Positions 24,501-39,500 of a DNA stretch of 64,000 bases are shown piece by piece (position 1 is the first letter of the stretch; each line of letters begins with the position of its first letter). This stretch comes from Cyanophora paradoxa CCMP329 (lineage: Eukaryota; Plantae; Glaucophyta). The notes under the pieces were generated by a model. That model was not told the DNA's origin and searched no databases. It worked only from the letters and a program-made list of their open reading frames with translations. The DNA lies in assembly GCA_004431415.1 (NCBI GenBank), contig QPMI01000420.1, forward strand, positions 186,001-250,000, read 5' to 3'. The translations under genes were made by a program, and so were the position numbers.

Positions 24501-27500
24501 GCCGACATTCGCATGTGACGCGTTTCCCTCGCTTCTCTTCTCAGAACTGTGGTCGTACCGACGGGGCACTTGGGCATGTCGTTCTCCGTACGCGTTTGGG
24601 GGGATCAAGAGGTCTCGTTCCACAATACTTATCCTTCTATCTCGGCAGTTCGTGAGCCCAGGCCCGACTCGGACCTTCACCGAGGGCCAGGTTGGCTGAT
24701 TCTGACAGAGCGCCATTGGTGAAGTTCTCTTCGCATTTTGATTGTCGCATCCAGTACTGGGTGTGGGGCGACTGCGGTGACGATGCCGCCTGGGGCGGGC
24801 ACTACGTTGGACGCACTCTCACGTGCATCATTCGCCTTTCTTTCGACTTCTGCGCGCGACCGCTTACGCGATTCGTGATAGACCTTCAAGTCCTCTCGCG
24901 GATTCGGAAACCACCCTAAACATTGCGGGCCACTTCGTAGTCATTTAGTGCGTAATGCCGGTCACATTGCATTCGGAAAAGGATCGTGACGCGAGGCCAC
25001 AGCGCGCGGTGGACCGGCGCCGCCCCCGGTGGCGTGCGCAATGATGGATTCACGTTCTCGTGGACGGAGACCGAGCCGGCAAGCACCGAAGATGGCAGCG
25101 ATGGCATGGATGGTGCGAGGGCTGCGCCAGTCGAGCTAGAATCTAGAGAGATTGCTATTCTTCGCGGGCGAAACTTTTGTCGCAACAGATGGCAGCGTCA
25201 TTGCCGAGGAGCGCACGTACACGAACTTCACCGGACGCCTCGGAAGCTGCATCTTCGAGAGCGGATCCGGAGCCTGTCAGCCGACGACCACCTTGCAGCG
25301 CGAATCGAAATACATCTGGTGATCTGGAAGTAGGGCCGTTGTTGCTCGGCGCCTGAATGCAGTGCGCGCGCAGGCACGTGAACGTTCCAAGGACACATCG
25401 GCTTAGGTTTACGGTGAATTTTGTTAACGTGGACCCTTCCCAAGAGTACGTTCGTATCTTTGCCGCGGCCACGGAAGACTACGATTATCAGGTCCAGCTG
25501 CATCTTTCGTTCCAACTCCGAATCCCGGATGATGTCACACTGACACACCTTGCGCGCGCAGGAATGGTATCACACTGGCGGGCTGATGGAAACGATCACG
25601 GTGCATGAACCCAAGCTATCTAATCGCGATCGCTTGCTTCTGCGGCCGGACCGCAGACTGATACGTGAACGGCGCGGGTGCCAGGTTGAAGTAGACGCAA
25701 TCGCGACCGTCGTTTTCAACACGGGCCCCGAATCCATCGACAACGGCGGCGTCGACATCTCGTGGGAGGCCGTGCAGCAGCCCCTGCGCACGTCCTACGG
25801 CTGCGCCCCCTCTCTGACGAGCCGCGTCGGCTACATCTCCGAGTGCTCGTACGCCAGCGGGCTCGTTGAGGACGTGTACCCCACGGGTGCCTCCCAGAGC
25901 TGGTGCGCGGGGATCCGGATCCGCATTAGAGAGTTTTGCGCGCGGCAGGTGACGCGTTGCGCGCAGGGAAATCGCCCCCCAGTGCGGGGCCCCCATACGA
26001 ATATCTTTCTTGCAGTTCTCTGTCCAGCCGTACTCTGGGGACCGTCTGCGCATCTTCGACGCAGCATCTGGAGCGCTGCTGTTCTCGGAGCCTAGCTTCT
26101 TCCCCACACGCCCCTTCTCTTCAGGATTCAGCCTCCCGAACTGTGCGCACATATCTCAATATCGATGGCATCAATTGACAGGCACGAGTGACTGACGCGT
26201 ATTTCGTGCGCAGCACTTGTGGTGGACTCGCCACGCGTGTTGATTCGATGGGAGACGGATGCTTACGAGACATACCAACGGGCAGAGCGCGGTTTCCGTC
26301 TCAAGTGGGTCGCATGTCCTGGTACGCGCACACGCAGTAGCTACATAGCCCTTATCCTAAACTCTTCGAGCAGAAAACTGGGCGCCTGTCACTCGGTACG
26401 AAGGCGAGTCGGGGGAGGCTACCTCGTCTGCAGACTCCAACGCTTTCACTAGCCTCGAGGACATGTACATGCAGTCCGGTACCGGATGGTCAGTTTTGGC
26501 ACGGGACTGTAATTATATAGACGCCGCCTCGCTCACGTTTGCTCAGGTCTGTGCTGTACCAGATCGCTTCCGGACCCGCGGCGATCCTGTTTTCCATCAT
26601 GAACGCCCAGCTTCGTGTTGGCGATGCGTCCGTAGGCTTGCGGGTGCGGCCGTTAGTGTGTGATGCGCTCGTATGCGGCCATCTGACTGCCTGTAGATTT
26701 CGGATTGGGCTCCCGGCGAAACGCCGGTCGTTCGGGGCGTCGTCAACAGCACTTGGGCGCTGCCCGCGTCCTTCCTCTTCGCCAAGGGCGTACTCGTCGA
26801 GTTCAGCCCGCAGTACGACTACGATCTGGTCCAGGCGTCGTTCTCCGTCGCGTTCCAGTGGAAGAGCGCCGCCTCTGCGAGTGTGCTATAGCTAGCGCCT
26901 CTCACAGTGGGCGCCCCGACCTCTTCTGAGCTCGTGCTGGGTTGCAGGCTACTGCGACGACCTGAACTGCACGATATCGACCGCTTCGGGGGCGCGCAGC
27001 ATGGTGGACCGCTACTCCCCGTCCGCTGCGATCGCCTCCTATCCGCTCCTGTCGTCCGCCACGTGGTGCGCGCGCTCGCCCGCACCGGCCGAAACTGCAC
27101 ACAAAGCCCTTCGTTCACGCCCGTCTCAGGCACATAATCCCTTCGTTCACGCCCGTCTATCTCATTATGGTTGTTTTCGACGTCTCCGTGTTCGATGAGA
27201 TCCAGGTGCACGTGACCACCTCAGGGGTCACGACGACGACGACGATGCGGGGCCCGCTCGGCTCCGAGGCGCTCGCTGACTGCTATTTCTTTGGCGACTC
27301 GATTTCCGTGCGCGAGCCGTGTTTTGCCGCTTGTTTCGCGGGCTGACACACTCACGCAAACCGCGTCGCTTGTAATCAGCTTTCAATGCGATCCACGGAT
27401 ACCTACGTTCACGGCTTCCAATTCAGCTTTTCGACCGGAACCACTGCGCAAGACCAATTGGATACACGTGCATTCTGCCGTTCTCGCACGCGGTTCTGTT

Positions 27501-30500
27501 CTCGTCATCGACATCGTTACTCAGCGGCTGAACGAAGAAGACTTCCTTGCCCGAATGTGCCCGTGATGGTCACCCCCATCCAGGCTCCACAGTGGCCTGG
27601 CCACCCGCCGGCCGCCTGTCTCGACAGTGCGTTTAATTTTTGTTTAGGTGTCTGATCAGGGCATGAGTTCAGTATGCACTTGTTTCGTCGCAGTATCGAG
27701 CGCGTTCACTTCGCGTCTTGAAGCTCTAGGGTGCGTCAGCGCTTTTGCTTCAACGATCCGCTGCTTATTTTTTGTGAAGGCTTCTTGCTCCGAGTATACC
27801 AATACGGCACTTCATGGAAGATTCCGGGGCTTTCGCGATGAATGCAACTGACATCGATTCGGCCAGCGGAGAAGTCGCGGTTCTCTTGTGCGCCGTGCTT
27901 TTTCCCCTCTTCGCTCATGGATATCATGGCATCGTCCCTTTTTAATTGTGTGCTCACATTCTGGGGCGTGCAGCACTGTGGCAGCGAAGGGAGGACCAGT
28001 CGCCTTCGATTTCAAGGCACGCCGTCTCTTTGACCCAATCGAACCAAGCTCACCGCCTAATGACAGTTTTCGCAGTTTGTCGAAAGCACCGATGCCTCGC
28101 CTTGGACCTCGGGCCAGCTCAGGACATGGACGGACTGCGGCGAAGCGCCGCACGAGAGTCGGGAGCATTATTTCTGGGCCGATTTGTGCGCTTCTGCTGA
28201 GGCTGCTTCTGCTGATATTTCTTTTTCTCTCGACCTGCTGACTCTCTCGCAGCGCCGTCGATGAAGAAACATCAATTTCGGTCAGCGGTAGCTGGGCAGT
28301 CATATAGTGCGTCGACGCAGATTAGGCCTGCATGACGAAGCTGACGATTTTGCTCCCGCCAGCGTGGGTTTCGCCGGCGGCGGCTTTGTCTTCGACTGGA
28401 ACCGCCTTCCCTCCAGCAGCGCGTACCCCGACGAAAGTGCCTACCCCCAAACCCGCGCGCACATTGGAGCGACTCCCGCTGACGAATTCGAATTTCGACA
28501 CCTCCACGCTTGCCCTGCCGCGCAGCCTACGTCGTCACGGGTCGTGCGGGCACGGTTGGCACATGCGGATTCGCGGAGCGCGCTGACTCTCGCGAGTGCG
28601 CGATGGTGCCCAGCGGGATGCAGCGTCTCGTACAAAAAATATGGTGCGCTGTCTGCATTCTTTCTTGGTAACGTGCTGAAGTCGACGTGGGGCAGGCATG
28701 TAATGCTCCCGTGGAACCTCCGCGCCACGTCGCGTGCGTCCCGTTTCTTCGTTCTTCTTCCTAAATAGAGGGATCTTGACCGCGCGTGCGGCAGAGATCG
28801 AGTTTGTTCGAATCCCCTCGTCCTACGATCGGGTAGCAGTCTTGGATGGCGATACCGCGACCTGGTGGCAAAGTGAGCTGGTGCTCTATGAGCGTGTCTA
28901 TTCAAACCATCTGACGGACCCCGACTTGCCCAAGACGGTGCCTATCTTCTGTGTACATACTCTCTGTCCTCTTTCACCGATTCTCGAACCAGGTGACTGC
29001 GCTCTCGAACAAGATGACTTTCCTGGTTTCTCCGTCTCCCAGCGGGTCTTTGGACTCCTTCATCGAATTGAACGCGACCTTCGACGGGTTCCTTGAACGG
29101 GGCTCGCTCTGGTGGGTACTCGATTCCGCAAGGACGGCCTGCGTACCCCTTTCGACGAGCCGCGAGGGGGTTTTGACCGACTGCCGCCCGAGCTACGTCG
29201 CTGCGGAGAGGCCGTACCTAGGGAACCAGACTCAGTCGTGGTGCGTTTGCCTACACGTGCAGTGTCTCCAGACGAGTCAATAGCTATCGCGGATTCTCTG
29301 ACTTGGATGGATGCAGGACTATCGAGCCGCACTGCGGAGGGGCTGTGAACATCTCCTTCGAGGTGTTCAACGTCCAGCCGTACTCGGGAGATCGCTTGCG
29401 AATCTGGGAGGAGGCAGCTACGAGCACGATCCGATTCTCAGAGCCGAGCTACTTCCCGTTCCGTCCTTTTTCCTCCGGCACCGTACTTCCCGCAAGTGCG
29501 TCGCGTGCTTTCGCTATATATTTAAATGCTTTCCGATTCGCACTGAAATTCTCTCTTCTGATCAGCGATCACAATCGCATCGGGGCGGGCGATTGTCCGT
29601 TGGGAAACGGATGGGTATGATAGCCCAGGATGGCTCGAGCGCGGGTTTCGGCTGCGTTGGAAGGGTTGCTTCGGTAGGGGATTGCAGTTGCACCCGATTA
29701 GTTTTAAATAGCTGCTGAGATGAGCCCGCAGACGACGTTCAGCGCGCGGAGAACGGCAGCATCGTCATGGATGCGCGCGTCGCGTACAAGGACTGGGTCC
29801 TCTCTCCGTTCGGTTCGACGTCGCTGAGATTTGTTTGTCTTTTGGAGTGCTGACTCCGATCTAGTCCCGTACTTGTTCTGGCTCGCGAGTGACTACAGTT
29901 TCGAAGCCGAGTTTGACGTTTTTCAGCTCTTTCGAGGGTGAGCTCGAATCTTTTGTGGTATCCAAGAAGACTCAGATGTTCACATTCGAACCCTTGCGCA
30001 GGGACTCTCCATTTGGGGAGACAATCTACGACAGCCGGAACGGGCCGCCCCCTCGGCGCTGGGTTTCAGCGTCCGTCACTCCCACGTTCGTAAGCTTCTT
30101 CGGAGAGATGGACACGGGGGCGAGGTTCGCTCCGCCGCGATTCGTTTAAGAGAGTCGGCCGCTGATCGCAGCCTCGACCGGCCGCGGGCAGCACGGAGGC
30201 GAGCTTCCGTCTGCTCTGGGCGCCGCTGTCGGCGACCGACCCGACGGTCATCCAGCTCGACGAGGCCGGCTCTCGGAGCTGGAGCTTCACGTCGGACAAC
30301 CTGCGCGACGTCAGCGACCTGCCATTCAGGCTCGGCTGGCTCCACCGCACCGAGAGCCGGCCCGTGCTGCTCACCATCGAGTCCGCCGCGCTGCTCGACG
30401 AGCTGACCGGCGAGTTCGTCGAGCTGCGGGTCCGCACGCACGCTCCGCATTCGCTCCGACGTGGTAACACGGCCTTCTGAAGCGGTCGCGTAGTTCTACG

Positions 30501-33500
30501 ACGTCCTCCCCGACGGAACGCGCCTCGACCGGGGCGCAGTCAAGCACGGCATGGAGCTGCCCCACTCGATTCTCTCGACGGCGGATCTGGGCGTGGGGGT
30601 CGAGCCCGTGGGGATCCAGGCGGACAGCTCCCTGGGATTCACGTCGAACTTCGCCGTTTCGTACTCCTGGCGCCCGCTTGTCCCCGGCAGTGAGCTGTTT
30701 CGATGATTCGACCCCGCTTCCTCCAATATCGTCAACATTGCGCAGGCTCCTGTCCTACTCCAACTTTGTGCGACGCGCCGGCCGCCAGTGACTCCTGGTT
30801 CTTGGAGGAGCGTACAGGCTATCCTCTGAACTCCTCGGTTACCATGTGCGCATCTTGCTGTCGCTGTTCTGCGCCTCCTGCACCTCATTCGGCTCTCAGA
30901 CGGATCGCGCCCGAGTCGACGGCTTTAACCCCGGGTGTCGTTCTCGTCGTGAATTGGTTGGACATCTCCATTTTCGACGTGTTGGAGGTCGCAGTCACCT
31001 TTGCAGTGACTGATTTAGGCAACGGCGACTCCGTTTTCCCCGATTCGCTGCCTGGAATTCCGGTCACCATGCGCGGCCCGATGTCTCACGAGGCCTTGAC
31101 GCCCTGCTACGTGCACGGAGACTCGATGACGGTCACTGAACTCGCTGAGCTCTACCGCCCGCGCCCGCGCCCAATGACGCTCGCCTTCTTGCGTCCAGAT
31201 CACGCTCTCGACATCGCTGGCATTCGAAAACGGTGTCAGTTTGCAGTACGAAACCGGCGATGCAGTGCGAAACCGGCTTGATTCCCGTAAGCTCCGCGGT
31301 TGGCCTCGCTTGCGTTGTGCATTCCAGTGACATCGTTCGCGCAGTGATGTACGATCAAACACCGCCGTGCTTCAGCTCGCCAAAACCCCTCTCCCCTCTA
31401 ATGCCCCCGAAATGGCCGGGCTACCCCCCGCCGCGGCCTACTTGCGCAACTCGTGAGCCGTTCGATCTTCTTCATTTGCTTGTCCGTGCCTGATCCGTCG
31501 TCCTCTATCCAGTTTTGGAGAGCTACATGGCTCGGCTCTCGAGCTTGCAGTGCGTCGCATTCGCCCTATCGCCGAGATTGATTCGCTCACGCCTCGAGCG
31601 TCTTCCCGAGCAGGCTGCCGCTTCCGTCTGAAGAGAACATCTTTCATCTGCACGGCTCGTCTGGAGAGTTCGAGATCCGCAACGCCGACTGGTCCGGGCC
31701 GAGGACCACCACCGCTTTTTTGTGCGCTGCGCGTGCTCGCGATCCCATCGCCATCATCTGCAGCTGCTGACCGTTACGGTTCAGCACCATCGCGACCCCG
31801 GATCCAAACGGAAAGCTGCGATTCGGCATGAGCGTGAGTGCTCCTTATAGTGAGTGGAATCACAGCTGGTACTCACCCAGCCGCAGATTTACGACCACGC
31901 CTCTTCCCAACTCACTGCCAAGGTGCGGTACTAGAAATCTCACTGCCCTATTTCACCGTCAGTTTTAAGATCCAAGTGCCTGTCGGGCAGGCGTACGCAT
32001 GGAGCGACTGCGCTGAGAATCCCCACGAGAACACCTACCTGAGAAGCCGCACGAAGGGGTACGACTTGTCCATCGAGTGGTTCAACCCCGTTCAAGGAGG
32101 CTGGGACCTGGGAGGACCCAAGGAGACCGACGCAACTTGGCTGGTTGTGTAGTGCGTGCACGGCGCCATCCTGGTGGCTCGCTGTTCGTCCTGACTCGTT
32201 GAGGTCAGCGTCACGTGGACTCTAGAGGAGATCTTCCCTCACAACGAGCGCAACGACGTCTTCCAGCTGTCGTGGTTCCAGCACCCGCCCGTGGACCCGT
32301 ACGCAACGGATCACGAGGCGAAGAGGGAATGTGCGCCGCCGCAATCGCAAGCGTGAGCGCACCACGATAGCTCCATACATCTGAATACGCCGTGCAGCCC
32401 TCGTCTATGAGGGGCTCGTTACGCCGGGAGATTGGACGTATGGATTCGGCTCTTGCGAGATCAGCGAATACGCAGAGCCGCAGTTCTGCGCCGGGCACTA
32501 CGACCCGGAGTGGAGCAAGATCTGGTGCGCCTGGCCCGCATTCGTGCCGCAGCTGCCCTCCCGCTCACGGAGCGGGCAGGCGGATACTGATGCCTTGGAA
32601 CTACATCGTGGACGCCGAAATGCGGTGGATCGAGACGGAGGCTAACTTTGACTTCGTGTTCGTCACTCCATGCCGGTCGCCAAGCGGCCCTTTGGCTGTT
32701 CTGATGTGTCTTTGCTGGCAGGACCGCCTACGATTCCGACACGGACGACGAGTCTAGAATCGTGCTAACCCAACCCCTACCATGCCAGCAATACTTTCCG
32801 TGATTAATGCCGCTGCGCACAGATCCCGGCTGTATCTCGCCTTTCTGGCCGCGCCCTCACTGGCGGTCCGTCGATCCAGGTGCACCGGCGGCTGCCAAAC
32901 GACTCTGTTTAGCTCGCCCGCCAACCTCGAGCCGCCCCGCAGCTGCGCACGACGGGTAGCGCGCTGACGGTCAAGCTCACGTCCGACCGCATCATCACGG
33001 GCCCCGGGATCCGCGGCGTCTACTACTCCGTCAAGATCGCCGAGGACATCATGCAGAGCTGGCTCGACTCACTCGCCCGTGACGTGACGGATGCGAGGGG
33101 TTGCGCCCCGGAGCTGCGGGCGCGCAGCGGAGCGGTTTCGGACTGCAGCTACCGGCTCGACGACGGCACCAAGTTCATCTACCCCAAGAATCGCAACGGA
33201 GACAACGGGCTCTCTTGGTGCGGCTCACCCGGAACCCATGGGAGACTCGCTTCGACCGTGCCGCAGGCTAATCGCGCCGCTCTGCGGCGGGCCGATTACC
33301 ATCACTTTCGAGCTTTTCTCGGTGCAGGTGAGCTATGTGCACGCTGTCGCTTCTGCTTTGGAGCCCCGCGCGAATATCGAGAGCAGCCGTTCGCGGACGA
33401 CCGGCTCCGCATATACAACATCGAAACGGGAGCGCTCGTCTTCTCGGAGCCGAGCTACTTCCCCCAGCGGCCCCACTCGTCCGGGACCTCGCTGCCGGAC

Positions 33501-36500
33501 AGTGCGCTCACTCGAGCTCTCTTTTGCATGACCGAAGTTCACGACCGCGCAGCGTTTACGATCGACGCGCCTGGTTTGTATGTCCTGTGGGAAACCGACG
33601 AGTTCGAGACGCCGCAGCGGCTCGAGCGCGGATTCCGCTTCCGTTGGCGAGCAAATTCTGGTAAACTTCCAGTCGCCAGTGCATCTATCTTCGCTCCGGC
33701 TTCGTCTGACTGATGTCAGGAATGGACGCTCTCACGGGCCTCCGCGGGGACGTCTCCCTTGTGGAGCGTGTCTCGTACCGGGACTGGATCATCCTGCCCG
33801 AGTTCCAAAATATCATGGCGCCCGCATTCGTGCTCGAGATCGTCGACATGACGATCAACGTCGAGAATGAGCGCGTCCGCATCTTCGCAGGGTGCGTCGT
33901 CTTCATCTAGATCTGGATAGGTTTTCGCTTCTGCTATTTTGACAACCCGCGTGCGCAGAGAGAACGCGTTCGGAACCGTTCTCTTTGACTCCAACCACCA
34001 GACGAAGAGAATTATCACCGTCGTCGACACGTACTCCGTCTTCGTCGTCTTCAACTGCAGCGACCCCGCGCCGTGCGCAGGGCGGGCCTCGCCGAACGCC
34101 GGCTCGTCGAACGTGCTGACGCCGCGGCCGCAGGGACGTTCCTGGCTGGGGCGGCTTCTCCATCAGCTGGAGCCCCGTGTCTGACTACGACCCTACGACC
34201 GTCTTCGCGGGCGAGGCATCCGGCTCCTCCACTTTCGTCGTCGATTCGGAGAGCCTGGCCACCGTTGTGGACCTGCCGTTCGGCGTCGGCTGGTGCGCCT
34301 GGTAGAGCTCGAGGCTGCAGCAGTTGACGATCACTGTGCATTATGGTTTTCGTTTCGTTTGTTAAGCAACTCCACGTGTACGTGCGCAGGTCCATAGACC
34401 CGAGCCCGAACGCGACGGATACTTGGCCGGGACCGCCGGCTACACTTATGACGATTCACCGCGTCGTCCTCGAATCCGGATACGACAGCATCGTCGCTCC
34501 GACATCTGGAGAGACCCCTGCTGACACCGTCTCTGTGCTGATCCGGGTATTTTCATCGTTTCGAGTTTCGACCAGAGATTCTGCGAGAATCTAAAATCGC
34601 TTCCAGATATTTGAGGGCGACAATCTCGCTTCGAAGTTTAACGTGACGAGCGCGACGGATTTGCCGGTGACATTCCTCGTACGCTCCAAGATTCGGGCTG
34701 AGCTTTTCCCTTTGTACGATCCCACTGCGGTCGTCACCTACTCCGCATTCGAGGTCGACTTCTCGTGGCGGCCGGCAGGGGCAGCAGGTGATACTGGAAG
34801 CCCCCATATTCTCCCTCATCGGCGTCATCTTACACTTGTGCAGGCCTGTGCGACAACAGCTCAGACATCGAGATGAGGACTGTTGGATGGGCCCCGTCAT
34901 GCACTTTGGCGAATCCGAGCGGCGCGATCGACGTGCAAGGCCGCGAACTCTTCCCTCTCGTCTCGAGCGTCCGCTGGTGCCAATCCGCTCGCCCCTCTGC
35001 CGCCTCTTCTCCGATCGCGACGTCTGGATGCAGGGATGTCTTTCCGGCTCTGGAGGAATGGGCGGGCATTTTTCTCAAAGTTCAAGTCCTCGACGTTTCG
35101 ATTCTGGACCAGCTCTCAGTAATCGCTCTGCTTCATTTTTTCGCTCCTTTGTTCGAACGTCGACTCTAAGATACATCTGTGCACGTGCAGATCGGGTTTT
35201 TCTCTGTTACTGATATGTGGATCTATGCAACTGATTACGCCGGACCGCTCACGTCCGAGGGCTTCGCCCCTTGCTTTCTTTACAGATTTGGAACAAACGT
35301 AGCTGTGCGTCTCTTTGTTCGCGCTTTGCGTGATATTTACTCACGCGCATGCGCTTGCAGGCGATGGTCGCGCTCGAATCCAAGGATGTCTACAAAAACG
35401 GATTCAGGATTGAATACTGGGTCGGTGACGAGGCGATGGCCCATTTCATCGACGGTCAGCAGTCCGAGGGGGCTGCACCTGCTTGTGGATTCGATCTCTG
35501 ATCGCCTTGTCGCAGCGTCGAGCACGGGGATGCCTGAGTGCATGCCGAAGCCGGCGATCACCGCGCCGTCTCTCCCGCCGCAGTGGCCGAACTTCGAGCC
35601 GCCCGACCCTGCCTGCATGAACCGTGCGCGCAAACTCGTACTGCTCTTCAACGTCGCATTGTTCGAGGTTGACCCCAATTGCAATCGCAGTGCAAGAAAA
35701 CTTTGCGCAACGCTTCAGCGCGTACGCACTAGAACTGCGATCGTGCCGGGTTGACGAATCGCTGACTCTATGTACCTGCAGCTTCCTGCAGCCTGCGTTC
35801 TTGGAGCACTGCCCTCCCCATCTGACCACCTGTAACGTGTTCACGTCCGACCTTCACTTCGAGCTCGGCGACGAGCGCTGCGATCGCAACGAGGAAGCAG
35901 GCAGCGTTCGATGCGCTTTCCTCGTGTGCGTGCCGCTCCCACCACTTTTTCCAGATGAGCGCAGTTCACGCGCGCGCGCCTGCTGCAGTGCAATCACGGC
36001 CCAGGGCGGGCCTTTGGATATCACCATCGATCTCCACGTTCGTTCTGGGGCCCACTTTTCGCGCCAATCTCTGCTGACGTCGACCAGACGGAGTCCTCCC
36101 ACAACGGATACGAAACAAGCGGACAGGTAAGAACTGCTTGTCTATTTGGACGACGGCTGAAAGCTTAAAAGCTTTGCAACTTCGAATTCAGGTTTACGCG
36201 GCCTCTGGCTGCCGTGTCAAGGGCATGGACGACCTTTTCCACGAGCAATCGTGGAACTGGTTCGCCGCATATGCATCTTTCTAAATCTCTTTCGCTCACG
36301 TTATATTGATGCGGGTTTGCGCAGGCCGTCCAACTCAGCGGGTGGGCAATCTGGTGGTGGCGCGCTAACGCGAAGAATCGCCCATATGCGCTCTCCATGG
36401 CTGTGGGAGGTCATTCACTATTTATCCTTCTCAAGGCCCATCATTCGCTTACTTGCCCCTCTCTCGTTCAGAGCAATGGGACGAGAACCAACGTCGTGAT

Positions 36501-39500
36501 GTTATAGTGCGCAACGCACGATGCTAACTTTCGTATTTCGGGTTTTGACTCGCGACGCTAACGAGGGCGCCCATCTCAGCGTTCTTGTGAACTACCGGCG
36601 CCTCTCGGAGTGGTTCCTACACATCGATAGGGACGATGTCGTGGTCATCAGGTGGCGGCATCTCTCGAACGCGGAAGCGATGATCTCTTCTGGTCTGTCC
36701 CACGCAGTTCCCGCAACTGGCAACTAGAGATTCCGCCGATGCCACGCCGCAGGTCGTCGCCAGCTTCACTTCCGGCTCGAGGAGCTGGAGGGCTCGATCT
36801 CGACGTGCAGGTGGACCGAGGCGGGGTGCGACCGCGTTTGCACGGACCCCGACTGCAGATACGCCGCCAGCGCGTCTTACAGATGGTGCGCGATCGATCT
36901 CGACGAGCTTGCTCCCTTCTCATACACGCCCCTGGCAGGCACATCGTCGTGCCGTACGGGTACTACATCGTGGCGGAGATCAAGTGGCTTCATCTTGAGC
37001 CTCTTTTCGATGAGCTCACGATTTACGACGCCATTACCGACGAAGACAGCGATACTATTGTGCGCGCCCACTTCGGCCGCGTTCTGCAAAGACTACTGTC
37101 TTTTAATCTGTGTTCCGCGCAGATTTATGGGCCACAGTCCGGCGGCTCGCCGGTCAACATCTCCATCACACTCCAGTCTACGCGCAACGCGCTCACAGTG
37201 GTCCTCCAAACGTCCTATGCTTACGAAGAGACCGGAATCCACATCGATTACAAGACCGTTCAAGTGCGCTATTTCTTCTTTTTCTTCTGTGCCGGTATGC
37301 ATGCACGATTAAAATTGCCAACGTGCGTTTGAACTTCAGGTCGCCTCGGACGACATCGAGGCATTTGCCGAAGATCCAGAGTTCATGCAGTCCGCGGGCT
37401 GCGCCCCCGATCTGATGAACCGCCGAGGCGTCATCTCGGACTGCTCGTTCGCGCTCGATAAGGCCACTGACACGATCTACTGGGCGAACCAGAATCGAGA
37501 GTGGTACATCGGGCCCCTGGCCTAGGCCTGCTCGTGTTCGTGTCGAATTTCCCTGATGGGTCGGTGTAGGATAATCGCCCCGTCCTGCGGCGGTCCAATT
37601 ACGATCTCGTTCGAGCAGTTTTCCATTCAGGTTCTGCTCGTCCCACCCGCTGATTTGGCTCTTTGTCTATTTACGCTGGTTGCGCAGCCTCACTCTGGCG
37701 ACCGCCTTCGCATCTATGACGAGGACACTGGAAAGCTCCTCTTCTCGGAGCCGAGCTACTATCCCTTCGAGGGCTATTCGTCTGGTAACGTCATTCCCGG
37801 CGACATTTCCATCGCGACGACGCGAGCGCGAATCACCTGGCAAACGGACGATCACGAGAGCGCTGACGCCAGCGAGCGCGGCTTCCGGCTTCGCTGGGTG
37901 GCCTGCGAGACCCTCAGGGAAACCTACGGGTCTGCCAGCCTCTGGGAGCGCGAGCTGCGCAAGGACTGGCTCATCCGCCCTGGCGTCGGTGAGTCCCCAT
38001 GAATCTTTGCGCCGATTGTGGCCGACTCGGACGGGGGCAGGCCCGAACGTGATCTGGTTCAGCCACTTCAGCCTCGATCAAACCTTTGATCGCCTGAGAA
38101 TTTTCGATGGGTGGGCAATTTCGAATCTTTTCAGGGAATGTCTCGCTCAAATCCACGATTCTGCACGCAGAGAGGACACGATCGCGCCGGTTCTCTTCTC
38201 CTGGCCGCCTTCCACGGAGATAAACCCCGGCCCGCGCTGCCGCGCGGCGCTCACGGAGCGGTTTTACTGCCCTTTGATCGCCCGGACTGCCATCTACATT
38301 CTCTTCGAGCACGACTCGGCGGCCGGATTCTTCACGCAGGACATGTACGTCGATAACCCGGTCACGGTTGACGATGCCGACTTCGGCTTCGAGCTCTCTT
38401 GGATCGTCTATCCGGACCCGAGCATTGTGAGCTCTTCCTTCACTCCTGCTTCGAACGTCGCTCAATTGGCTCTGCAGGCGGTGATGACCGACTTCTCCAG
38501 CCCAGAGACCCTGGCCGGGGTCCTGGAGGTATTTTGTGCTGTAGTGGATTCCTTATTGGCGCGCTTGTGAGCGCTCGTGCAGCTCGCGGAGCCTGCTCGC
38601 CTTCGAAAGGAGCGGCTTGAGCTGACTTCGATTGCGAGCATTACGAACGCGACCAGCATCGCCCTGGTCACGAACGCGCTGCCGTCCCGCTATGGCCGCG
38701 CATCGTTCGAGGTGCGAGCTTCTCCCTGCTTCTTTCTGCTGGATTTTACTGAAGCCTTACCCGATCCCGATTGTGGCAGGTCCTCATCGGAGGAGGCCCG
38801 CAGCAGACGGCCGGCAACATTGTCGGCCGGCTTCCCTCGGGCGCCTCGGCCACCGCCCTCATCGAGGGTGGAGAGGGTACACTGGTTGTACGCAAAAGAA
38901 AGACTGTGTTGTCTGACGTGCCGCCGCAGGCGTGGCCCTTTCTCTTGCGCCTGCCGTTGAGGTCTATGAAAATATAGAAGGCAATGTAGACGCAGGAACA
39001 GTCCAGGGCGAGCGCGGGACGAATCAAGGCTTGGCTTTGGTCGTTCTGACCCGACTCCCGACTGAATTTCTGCACAACAAGAGTGCGCCAGTTGGATACG
39101 GCTACGCGATCGGCCTTCGCTTCCGTGGCTCGTGGCTGGCCATGGTGCCGGACACGGATCTGCGGTGCGCTAGCTAGCGCTCTGCTGACGCGTCGCGTTT
39201 GCACACGCTCATGCCCGGCTGTCTGCAGGAGCGTCTTCCGTCCCATCACTTTCACCCTGATAGCCCGCCGGGACGAGGGATCCGAGGCAAACGCGCTCAT
39301 CACCGTCGAGAAGAACGGGGAGGCCATCATCAACGATCTCCTGGTTTACGACTTCAACGTGAGCCATCCTGAATCCCTTCGATGTTCCGCGTTCTCTGGA
39401 GTCCTCATTCGTTTCGCAGTCGGACCCGGAGGTGCCGTGGAACATTTTCCTCTCCGCCCGCTGCAGCTCCGGTTACGATCCGGTGCGCCCTCGCTCACGC

